A stretch of 64,000 nt of DNA from an uncultured Planctomycetota bacterium (GTDB lineage Bacteria; Planctomycetota; PLA2; JAEUHO01), in contig CAVVXN010000004.1 in NCBI GenBank assembly GCA_963752285.1, positions 128,001 through 192,000 of the forward strand, in the 5' to 3' direction. Under the pieces are notes generated by a model. That model made no database searches. It had not been told where the DNA came from and saw nothing but the letters and a program-made list of their open reading frames with translations. Made by a program: the position numbers and the translations under genes. Below, piece by piece: positions 56,093-64,000 of the stretch; positions within the stretch are counted from its first letter, which is position 1, and each line of letters starts with the position of its first letter.

Positions 56093-56902
56093 ATGCTCGC
56101 CATCGAGGTCGAGGGTCTCTCGTTCGCGTTCCCGGCCAAGCGCGTCCTCGAAGACGTGACGTTCTCGGTCGGGGAGGGCGAGGTCGTCGGCTACCTCGGG
56201 CCGAACGGCGCCGGCAAGACCACGACCCTCAAGATCCTCCTGGGCCTCCTCCGCCCGGAGGTGGGGCGGATCCTCGTCGCGGGGCTCGACCCGCGCCTCG
56301 ATCCGGTCCTCGTGCGGGGCCTCGTCGGCTACGTCCCCGAGTCGGGCGCGCTCTACGAGACGCTGACGCCCGTCGAGCACCTGACGCTCGTCGGACGCCT
56401 CCACGGGCTCGACCCGGCGCTCCTCGACGTCCGGATCGACGAGCTGCTCGAGTCCTTCGGGCTCAGATCCGTGGCGTCTCGCCGGATGGGCGGATTCTCG
56501 AAGGGCATGAAGCAGAAGGTCGTGATCGCCTCGGCGTTGCTGCATGCGCCGCGCGTTCTCTTCCTCGACGAACCCTTGAACGGCCTCGACGCGAACGCGA
56601 CGGTCACCGTGAAGGAGGTGATCCGCGGCCTGGCGGCGGGAGGCACCTCCGTCGTCTACTCCTCGCACCTGATGGACGTCGTCGAGCGGGTGAGTGACCG
56701 GGTGATCATCATCGACCACGGGCGTGTGGTCGCCGACGGCCAGATCGCGGCGCTCCGCACGCGCTCCGGCGACGCGACGCTCGAGGCCCTGTTCCAGCGC
56801 CTCACGGTGGGGGAGCAGACGCACGCGCAGGCCGCACGCATCCTCGGTGCGGTCCAGTCCGGGGGCGGGTCGGCGCAGGGTGGGGGCGAGCCGACGGCAT
56901 GA
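56093..56902 (+). CDS. ABC transporter ATP-binding protein
   Basis: GPNGAGKTT, FSKGMKQK, FLDEPLNGLD, SSH; GGAGGAGG RBS. Confidence 0.93.
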   Translation: MLAIEVEGLSFAFPAKRVLEDVTFSVGEGEVVGYLGPNGAGKTTTLKILLGLLRPEVGRILVAGLDPRLDPVLVRGLVGYVPESGALYETLTPVEHLTLVGRLHGLDPALLDVRIDELLESFGLRSVASRRMGGFSKGMKQKVVIASALLHAPRVLFLDEPLNGLDANATVTVKEVIRGLAAGGTSVVYSSHLMDVVERVSDRVIIIDHGRVVADGQIAALRTRSGDATLEALFQRLTVGEQTHAQAARILGAVQSGGGSAQGGGEPTA

Positions 56903-58587
56903 CCCTTCCGTTCCTCCGGGCCTTCGGGGTCGATCCCGGGCGTTTCCAGGTGCTCCGGCGGGCCTTCTGGACGCTCTCGCGGAGGGAGCCGCCCGGGCTC
57001 GTCCAGGCGAAGGCGAACCGCCGCGGGTGGTCGATGGGCCAGGCCACGTGGATCTACGTGCTCTACGGCGGCCTGGTGGGCATCGCCGCCGCGTTCCTCG
57101 ACTCGCGGATCTTGTTCGGCGTGACGTTCCTCACGATGGCCCTCGTCATGCTCCTGCTCGCGGTCGTCGCGGACTTCGCCAGCGTGGTGGTCGCGCCCGG
57201 CGAAGACGAGATCCTCTTCCACCTCCCCATCACCTCGCGTACGTATCTCGCCGCGCGCCTGACCGTGGCGGCGCAGCACACGGCGGTCGTTGCGCTGGCG
57301 CTCGGCGCGATTCCCTCGGTGGTCGCGGCCGTGAAGTGGCGAAACGCGCTCTGCGTCCCTCTCTACCTCGGGGCGACGGTGTGGACGGGCTGGTTCGCGC
57401 TGGTCCTGGCCTTCGTCGTCTATCGGGCGGCGCTCCGGCTCCTCGGCGGCGAGCGGCTTCGCACCTTGCTCGCCCTCCTTCCCGCCTTCGTGAGCCTCGT
57501 CTTCGCGCTCGGTCCCCAGATCCTCTTCGCCGGGAGAACCCAGGTGGTGGCTGCGGGCTCCGTGTCCGCCTGGATCGACCGCTACGGCGTGTTCGTCCCT
57601 CCCGCGTGGTTCGCCTCGATCGTGGAGGCGGCGTTGCTCCGAACGGACGGTCCGAACCTCCTCCGTGCAGCGATCGGGCTCGCGGCCGTGCCCCTCTCGG
57701 CGTGGATGCTCGTCGTGGCGCTGGGCCGCGGGTACCTGCAGGACCTCCAACGACTCGTCTCGGGGCACGACGCCGGACGGCCGTCGAGGACCGGGCGTCC
57801 TGCCGTCGCGCCGCGCCGGCCCTGGAAATCCCTGCCGGGCCTCGAGACCGCGGAGGCGCGTGCGGGTTGGCTGCTCTACGCCGGCGCCATGCGGAGCCGG
57901 GCGTCGCTTGCCAGGGCGGTCCCGAGCCTCGTGACGCCGGTCGCGTTCCAGGTGTTCGGGGTGATCCAATCCCGGCAGGACGGCGTGAACGCCTTCTCGC
58001 CCATCGTCCCCTACCTGGTCGCGTCGGCGCCGGCCATGCTCCTCATGCTCCTCCCGTATCACGAGGACCACGACGCGGTGTGGTGCCTCCAGTCGTCCCC
58101 GATGCGCCGCTACGGGCGGTTCTGGCTCGGAATCGTGGGCGCGATGCTGGTGCGACACGTGCTCGTGGCGGCCGTCGCGGTGACCGCCATCGCGCTGGCG
58201 TTCGACCCGCGCTGGACGACGCTCGCGGGTCTGGTCCACGCGTTCGTCGGCGCGCTCCTGACCGTGTGCGTCGTGGGCGCGGTGACCTGGAAGCGACTGC
58301 CGTTCTCGCGCGCGTTCACGGGGAGCCAGGCCGCGGAGGGGATCGGCGTCACGTTCCTCGCGCTGCTCGTGCTGGGCGTTCTCGGCGGTCTCCACGCGCT
58401 CGTGCTCGCCTACGCCCCGTGGGCGTTCCTCGTCACGATCCCCGCCGCGACCCTCCTCGGGCTCCTCTGGCTCCGTAGCCTCGCGAACGAGCTGGACCGA
58501 AACCCGCCGGCGGAGCTCGCCCTTCGTCCGTCCGGCCTCCGTCCCGCGCGGGTCGGGTCGTCGCGCACCGGAAGCCGCCGATCGTGA
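56899..58587 (+). CDS. ABC exporter permease (multi-TM)
   Basis: About 12 TM helices, ILFHLPITSRTYLAARL; coupled to the ATPase. Confidence 0.8.
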   Translation: MTLPFLRAFGVDPGRFQVLRRAFWTLSRREPPGLVQAKANRRGWSMGQATWIYVLYGGLVGIAAAFLDSRILFGVTFLTMALVMLLLAVVADFASVVVAPGEDEILFHLPITSRTYLAARLTVAAQHTAVVALALGAIPSVVAAVKWRNALCVPLYLGATVWTGWFALVLAFVVYRAALRLLGGERLRTLLALLPAFVSLVFALGPQILFAGRTQVVAAGSVSAWIDRYGVFVPPAWFASIVEAALLRTDGPNLLRAAIGLAAVPLSAWMLVVALGRGYLQDLQRLVSGHDAGRPSRTGRPAVAPRRPWKSLPGLETAEARAGWLLYAGAMRSRASLARAVPSLVTPVAFQVFGVIQSRQDGVNAFSPIVPYLVASAPAMLLMLLPYHEDHDAVWCLQSSPMRRYGRFWLGIVGAMLVRHVLVAAVAVTAIALAFDPRWTTLAGLVHAFVGALLTVCVVGAVTWKRLPFSRAFTGSQAAEGIGVTFLALLVLGVLGGLHALVLAYAPWAFLVTIPAATLLGLLWLRSLANELDRNPPAELALRPSGLRPARVGSSRTGSRRS

Positions 58588-59552
58588 ACCCCCTCGCCCG
58601 CGGCTGGTCCCGGCTTCGCGCGCTCGCCTCGCGGTCGCGTGCGCGGGTCGTAGACACCTGCATGTGCCTCAACGAGCTCGACCTGCTCGAGCTGCGGCTT
58701 CGGGAGCTGTGGGACGTCGTCGATCGGTTCGTCGTCGTGGAGGCGACCTTCACGCACGCCGGCGTCGAGAAGCCCCTCTTCCTCTCCGCGCACCGGTCCC
58801 GATTCCAACCCTATCGGGAGAAGCTCGTCGTCCACACGCTGACCGATTGCCCCGTGGCGTCGCCGCGGGACGAGGCGGAGCGGGCCGAGATCGAGCGGCA
58901 CCAGCGGGAGTCGATCGGCGAAGCGCTCCGGCCGCTCCACCTCTCCGGCCGCGACGTCGTCCTCGTGAGCGACGTAGACGAGATCCCTCGCGCATCCGAG
59001 GTCGCGGCCCTCGACCGGCGCCTTCACGACGCGCGGTTCGCCGTGTTCGTCGAGCGTCACTACCATCGCTACGTGAACCACGCCTGGCCCGACGGCTCGG
59101 GGCCACCCGCGTGGCTCGGAACGGTCGCGTGCCGGTACGCGACGCTTCGTCGCATCGGCGCTCACGAGGTGCGCCTGGGGAAGGGCCGTGCGGGCCGGCT
59201 CCTCGAGCGGAGAGACCCGCGGTGGAGCTACGTGGAGGAGGGCGGGTGGCACCTCACGTGGATGGGGGGCGCCGAGGCGAGCTGGCTCAAGGCGCAGCAC
59301 GTCCTCCACGTCCTCCCGGCCGCGTCGGGCCTGCGCGACCTCGGGCCCGAGATCCCGATCCAGGTCTTTTCGACCGACGTGTCGCGCGCCGAGTGCCGCG
59401 CCCTCCAGGCGGAGTACCTCGCGGAGGCCGAGGACCCCCGCTTCACGTCCCTGGACTTCGACACGTTCGAGATCGAGCAGGACGTCCCCCGCGTCCTGTG
59501 CGCGGACCGACGGCGGTATCGAAGGTGGTTCTTCTTCACGAGCGGCGTCTGA
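58584..59552 (+). CDS. GT17 family glycosyltransferase (MGAT3/GnT-III-like)
   Basis: NELDLLELRLREL..VVDRFVVVEATFTHAG..KPL, SDVDEIP, GGWHLTW. Confidence 0.85.
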   Translation: MNPLARGWSRLRALASRSRARVVDTCMCLNELDLLELRLRELWDVVDRFVVVEATFTHAGVEKPLFLSAHRSRFQPYREKLVVHTLTDCPVASPRDEAERAEIERHQRESIGEALRPLHLSGRDVVLVSDVDEIPRASEVAALDRRLHDARFAVFVERHYHRYVNHAWPDGSGPPAWLGTVACRYATLRRIGAHEVRLGKGRAGRLLERRDPRWSYVEEGGWHLTWMGGAEASWLKAQHVLHVLPAASGLRDLGPEIPIQVFSTDVSRAECRALQAEYLAEAEDPRFTSLDFDTFEIEQDVPRVLCADRRRYRRWFFFTSGV

Positions 59553-59595
59553 CGGCGGGAGGGGCCGACCCGCCTCTCCGGTATCCTCGCGCGCC

Positions 59596-60546
59596 GTGCC
59601 GCTCGCTCGTGCGCCCGCCGCAGAAGACCTCGCCGCGCCCCGACCGCGGGGGGGCGAGCCCGTGCTCTTCGTCGGGCAGCCGCGGTACTTCCGCTCGTGC
59701 TACGAGGACGCCGTGCGCCAGGGGTGGGGATACGCCTACGAGGTCCGCTTCGGCCAGAAGGACCTTCTCGAAGGGCTTCCCGAGCGCGTGGCGGCCACGG
59801 GCGCGCGGACGTGCGTCGTCTTCGAGCCCTGGATGCTGGCGGACCGCCCCGAGCACGCGCGCGCCCTCCGGGCGGCGGGCGTGCGCCTGGTCGCGTACTC
59901 CACCGAGCCGCTGCCGCACCGACGCCGCGGCGCGCACAAGGACACGAAGCGGCGGCTCGCGAACGTGCGCCGCGCGCGCCGCCTCGACTGGGACCTCTGG
60001 ATCCACCACGACCCGTCGTCCGAGGCCCTGCTCCGCGCCGAGGGCTGCGAGCCGCTCGTGATCCACCCCCTGCCGGTGAGCGAGTGCCTGTTCTTCCCGG
60101 AGGCCGTCGAACGCGACGTCGACGCGTGCTTCCTCGGCTGGAGCTCGCCGCACCGGGAGGAGTTCCTCGCCCTGCTCGAGGCCCACCTCCACGTCGTCCA
60201 CGTGGCCCACGGCTTCTTCGACGAGGACGCGCGCCGCCTGATGAATCGCTCGAGGGTGGTGCTGAACCTCCACGCCCACGCCTTCGAGAACTTCGAGAAC
60301 CGGTGCGTGCAAGCTCTCTTCTGCGGTCGGCCGCTCGTGAGCGAGGCGCTCGCCGGCGGCTACCTCGCGCCGGGCCGGGCGTACGCGCTCGCGAGGACGC
60401 CCCGGGAGATGCTGGAACGGGTGAGGAACGTCCTCGCGGCGGGCGACGGCGAGACGCGGGAGCCCACGTTCGACCGCTCGCGTTTCCTCGTGGCCTCGCT
60501 CCGCGCGGTCCTCGCGTGCCCGTGGCCCGGGGCGGTCCCGCCGTGA
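59596..60546 (+). CDS. Glycosyltransferase (CgeB / Glyco_trans_1_2-like)
   Basis: DACFLG...RE, SRVVLNLH, FENRC..ALFCG..LVSE. Confidence 0.72.
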   Translation: MPLARAPAAEDLAAPRPRGGEPVLFVGQPRYFRSCYEDAVRQGWGYAYEVRFGQKDLLEGLPERVAATGARTCVVFEPWMLADRPEHARALRAAGVRLVAYSTEPLPHRRRGAHKDTKRRLANVRRARRLDWDLWIHHDPSSEALLRAEGCEPLVIHPLPVSECLFFPEAVERDVDACFLGWSSPHREEFLALLEAHLHVVHVAHGFFDEDARRLMNRSRVVLNLHAHAFENFENRCVQALFCGRPLVSEALAGGYLAPGRAYALARTPREMLERVRNVLAAGDGETREPTFDRSRFLVASLRAVLACPWPGAVPP

Positions 60547-61757
60547 CCGCGAAGGAGAGCGACTCGGTTGCGCGCGCCGAGGTGAAGGACGCGATGCGCG
60601 TCGCGTCCGACGCCGCGCGGCGACATCTGCGCCATCTCGAGCGTCTGGTCGGTACGGCGTCCGACCTCGAGGCCCCGTTCTCCGCGCGGCTTCGCCGGCG
60701 GCTCGCCCGCGTCGTCCCCGGCGGACGTCGCCGCGCGCTCGTCCGCCTCGTCGCGGGGTTTCGCGCCGTCGTCGAGGCCACCGAACGCGCGGCCGACTGG
60801 CAGGACGCCCAGGCCACGTACGCCCAGGCGCTCGCCGAACGCGCGGCGCGAGGCGCACCCGCCCGATCGTGGGAGGGCCCTCGCGAACGCCCCGCGCTCC
60901 TGGTCGGGACGGGCGGCGGCGGAACGCGACTCCTCGCCGACCTCGCCGCGCGTCTCGGGCTCTTCCTGGGGCCGCGCGTCAACGAGAGCTTCGACTCCGT
61001 GGCCCTCGCGCCGCTCGTCTACGAGCTCGTCGAGGAGCGCGGCGACGCGGTGGACCTGCCGGAGGGCGACGGGGCCCGGGCGAGGATCCTCTCCACCCTG
61101 GAGGCGGTGTACGGCGACTGGCTCCGCGAGGGCGAGCCCTTCGGCTGGAAGCTCCCCGAGTCGATCCTCGTCCTCCCGCTCCTCCTCGACGCGTTCCCGG
61201 ACGCGCGCGTCGTGTTCCTCGTGCGACACCCCGTGACCGCCTCGCTCCGACGCCCGCACGTCACGACGCTCCCCGAGCACCCGCTCGGTCGCGCGGTGCT
61301 CGCGGGCGCGTACCGCGCGGTCGGCCGCCCGCCCGGGCGGGTCCCGACCGACCCGCCCTACGTGCGGCACGCCCTCGTCTGGCGACACGAGGTCGGCCGT
61401 GCGCACCGGTGGCTCGCGCGAAGCGTCCCCGCCGAGCGCGTGCTCCGACTGCGCTACGAGGAGCTCGCGCTGAGCCCCCGGCGGTGCGCCGAGCGTCTCG
61501 CCGGGCACCTCGGCCTCGCCCCGCCGGGACCCGGGGACGCGAGCGGATTCGACGTGCGGCGCATCCAAGCGCCCGGGGACCGCGCGCGCGTGCGGGAGGT
61601 CCTCGCGATCTGTGGCGACGTCGCCGCCGAGGTCGGCTACGCGGACGGCTGGCTCGACGGCCCGTGGGAGCGGCCCGAGCGGCGCGACCTGTTCGCGATC
61701 CCGTCCGGACGCGCGTCGGGGACCTCCGGGCCGGGCCGGCGACCCGCCCCCACGTAG
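60543..61757 (+). CDS. Sulfotransferase family protein
   Basis: LVGTGGGGTRLL (5'-PSB-like), GWKLP, FPDARVVFLVRHP, LRYEEL. Confidence 0.8.
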   Translation: MTAKESDSVARAEVKDAMRVASDAARRHLRHLERLVGTASDLEAPFSARLRRRLARVVPGGRRRALVRLVAGFRAVVEATERAADWQDAQATYAQALAERAARGAPARSWEGPRERPALLVGTGGGGTRLLADLAARLGLFLGPRVNESFDSVALAPLVYELVEERGDAVDLPEGDGARARILSTLEAVYGDWLREGEPFGWKLPESILVLPLLLDAFPDARVVFLVRHPVTASLRRPHVTTLPEHPLGRAVLAGAYRAVGRPPGRVPTDPPYVRHALVWRHEVGRAHRWLARSVPAERVLRLRYEELALSPRRCAERLAGHLGLAPPGPGDASGFDVRRIQAPGDRARVREVLAICGDVAAEVGYADGWLDGPWERPERRDLFAIPSGRASGTSGPGRRPAPT

Positions 61758-62338
61758 CGCGGGGGCACGAGGACCGTCCGCACCTCGACCTCCTCGAGAC
61801 CCGCGAGCAACACGTCCCGCACGGCCTGCTCCCCGAACCGGTAGTAGTCGCCCGGGAACCGGTGCACCACGAGCGTCGGCGTCGAGGCCGAGAGCGCGTC
61901 GGCCCAGGCGCGGAGCGGTCGGCCGAGCAGCGGCACGCTGGCCATCGCGCCAACGAGACGGGCGCCGCGCGTGAGGCGCCTGGGGCCGTAACCCGGCACG
62001 CCGATCGCCACGAGCGCGCCCGGACGCGCGACGCGTCGGATCTCGGCGAGCGTCAGCCAGAAGCGGGGGTCGTGCTCGAGGACGGAGTTCGTGAGCACCG
62101 TGTCGAACCGTGCGTCCTCGAAGCAGGAGAGGTCGTTTGCGTTCGCCCGCAGGATCTCGAAGTCGGCGTGGCGGGAGGGACCGTCGAGGGCAACCCCGAC
62201 CTTCTCGGTCGCGCCGGCCAGGGCGGGCAGGCAGAGGAGGGCTTCGGGGCCGGGCACGGCCCCGATCTCGAGGACCGCGCCGCCCGCGCCCCGTGCGCGA
62301 CAGACGCTCTCGAACTCGGCGAAGACCCTCTCGTGCAC
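61637..62338 (-). CDS. Class I SAM-dependent methyltransferase
   Basis: VLEIGA, FDTVLTNSVLEHD, VHRFPGDYYRF. Confidence 0.85.
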   Translation of the reverse strand: MHERVFAEFESVCRARGAGGAVLEIGAVPGPEALLCLPALAGATEKVGVALDGPSRHADFEILRANANDLSCFEDARFDTVLTNSVLEHDPRFWLTLAEIRRVARPGALVAIGVPGYGPRRLTRGARLVGAMASVPLLGRPLRAWADALSASTPTLVVHRFPGDYYRFGEQAVRDVLLAGLEEVEVRTVLVPPRYVGAGRRPGPEVPDARPDGIANRSRRSGRSHGPSSQPSA

Positions 62339-62451
62339 GGCCGCCCCCGGGCCCGCGGAGCATACGGGAGCGTGCACCGCCCGACAACGCGACGTGTCGT
62401 CCGGCCCGGGTCCTTGCCGGAACGTCCGCGCGACGCGATGATCCGCGCTCG

Positions 62452-63555
62452 ATGCGCTTCCTCTTCGCCACCGGCGAGCGATACCCGCCCGAGGTCCACG
62501 GCGGCGCCGAGGTGTCGATCGACGAGCTCGTGGGCGCGCTCCTCGCGCGGGGCCACGGGTGCGAGGTCGTCGCGGGCCTCGGTCGCGGGCTTCGCCGGCT
62601 GCGCTACCGCCTCTGGCGCGCGCGGACCGGCTTCGCCCGGGTCGGCCGCCGGGACGCGGCGAACGGCTACGGCACGGTGCGCGCCCGCCGGCACGACGTC
62701 CGGGCGGCCCTCGCGGAGCGCCTCGGGGCGTTTCGCCCCGACGTCGTCCTGGCGTGGAACGCGTGCGGGCCCGCGCTCGCCGCGGACGCCGCCGCGGCCG
62801 GCGCCCGCGCGATCCTCTGGCTCCCGGACGCGACCCTCCGCCCCGAGGCCGGGCCGGTCCCGCCCGGGGCCCTCGTCGCGGCGGCGTCCCGGTTCGTCGC
62901 GGAACGGGCCGAGCGACGCCTCGGCCGCCCCGTCTCCGTGCTGCGACCGCTGGTTTGCCGGGAGCGTTACCGGTCCGCCCGGCGGTGGCCCGAGATGGTC
63001 ACGCTCGTGAACCCGCTCCCGACGAAGGGCGTCGAGGTGGCCCTCGGCGTCGCACGCCTGCTGCCCGAGCGCGCGTTCGCTCTCGCCGTGCCCCGCGGCT
63101 TCCCGGGCGGGGCCCGCGCGGTCCGACGGCTCGCGCGGCGCAGAGCACGAAACGTCCGCGTGATCGGGCCGTTCCTCGACATGCGCGAGGTCTACGCGCG
63201 CACGGCCGTGCTGCTCGTCCCCTCGCAGTGCGAGGACGCGTCCCCGCGTGTCGTGCTCGAGGCGCACGCGAACGCGATCCCCGTGGTCGCGAGCCGCGTC
63301 GGTGGGATCCCCGAGATCGGCGGCGACGCCGCGGTGCTCCTCCCTCCCGACGCGCCGCCCTCGGCCTGGGCGGAGGCGGTGGAGCGACTGCTCTCGGACG
63401 AGGCGCATCGCGAGGACGTCGCGCGGCGCGGCCTCGAAAACGTGGCGCGGGCCGAGCTCCGCCCGGAGGAGGTGGTCGAGTCGCTCTTGCGGCTCGCGAC
63501 CGCGCCCGTCGGCTCGTCTCGCGACGCGGCACGGGCCCCGGTGGGCGGCGCGTGA
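62452..63555 (+). CDS. GT4 family glycosyltransferase
   Basis: GGAE, KGVE, LVPSQCEDASPRVVLEA, ASRVGGIPE. Confidence 0.88.
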   Translation: MRFLFATGERYPPEVHGGAEVSIDELVGALLARGHGCEVVAGLGRGLRRLRYRLWRARTGFARVGRRDAANGYGTVRARRHDVRAALAERLGAFRPDVVLAWNACGPALAADAAAAGARAILWLPDATLRPEAGPVPPGALVAAASRFVAERAERRLGRPVSVLRPLVCRERYRSARRWPEMVTLVNPLPTKGVEVALGVARLLPERAFALAVPRGFPGGARAVRRLARRRARNVRVIGPFLDMREVYARTAVLLVPSQCEDASPRVVLEAHANAIPVVASRVGGIPEIGGDAAVLLPPDAPPSAWAEAVERLLSDEAHREDVARRGLENVARAELRPEEVVESLLRLATAPVGSSRDAARAPVGGA

Positions 63556-64000
63556 ACCTCGAGGGCCGCACCGTGCTGGTGACGGGATCGGCCGGGTTCA
63601 TCGGCAGCCACGTCGTCGAGACCCTCGTCTCCCGCGGGGCGCGCGTCCGCGCGTTCACGCACTATCGCGCCCTCGGTTCGCGGGGCTGGCTCGACGCGCT
63701 CTCGCCCGCGACGGAGGACGCGCTCGAGATCGTCGCCGGGGACGTCCGCGACGGATTCTCGCTCCTCGACGCGACCGACGGCGCGAGCGCGGTCCTCCAC
63801 CTCGCGGCGCTCGTGGGCGTGCCGTACTCGTACGAGAGCCCGGCGTCGTTCGTCGCGACGAACGTGACGGGCACGCTGCACGTCCTGGAGGCGGCGCGCC
63901 GCCGCGCGGTCGAGCGGGTGGTCGTGGTCTCGACCTCCGAGGTCTACGGCACCGCGCGCCACCCGCCGATCGACGAGGACCACCCGCTCCAGGCCCAGTC
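63552..64000 (+). CDS. NAD-dependent 4,6-dehydratase/epimerase (LegB-like), truncated by the window end
   Basis: Manual translation: VLVTGSAGFIGSH, HLAALVGVPYSY, TNVTGT, STSEVYG, IDEDHPLQAQS. Confidence 0.88.
   Translation, partial: MNLEGRTVLVTGSAGFIGSHVVETLVSRGARVRAFTHYRALGSRGWLDALSPATEDALEIVAGDVRDGFSLLDATDGASAVLHLAALVGVPYSYESPASFVATNVTGTLHVLEAARRRAVERVVVVSTSEVYGTARHPPIDEDHPLQAQ

Noticed and set aside
1..64000. CRISPR arrays, rRNA, defence systems
   Set aside because: No regularly spaced direct repeats, rRNA-like segments or cas/defence motifs were noticed by eye.

Overview
Very GC-rich bacterial chromosomal window, densely coding, with about 58 genes and one tRNA. The ribH-nusB-ftsY block, a carboxypeptidase-regulatory-repeat protein and a membrane-anchored PTP suggest Planctomycetota; this is inference only. 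Housekeeping content: ABC-2 transporter, ppsR, moaDE, moeA, flotillin/NfeD, ALDH7, wecB plus glycosyltransferases, mqnC/mqnE, lnt, a complete mreBCD-PBP2-rodA cluster, ctpA, tsaD, a two-component system and tRNA-Glu(UUC). After the tRNA lies a small accessory patch (BCAM0308-like gene, HPF/RaiA, decayed IS110), and the right end starts a surface-glycan cluster (GT17, sulfotransferase, GT4, LegB-like). Main highlights: (1) an 899-aa tandem tyrosine phenol-lyase whose halves have degenerated reciprocally, which suggests a single-chain pseudo-dimer with one composite active site; (2) next to it, an exported BCP-type peroxiredoxin with an in-frame UGA at the peroxidatic Cys and a SECIS-like hairpin, probably a selenoprotein; (3) a PBP2 with Cys-rich and about 150-aa insertions, and uncharacterised genes in front of mreB; (4) recurrent TANNNT boxes just before start codons, suggesting leaderless genes. 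All calls come from motif recognition by eye; no database searches were run.
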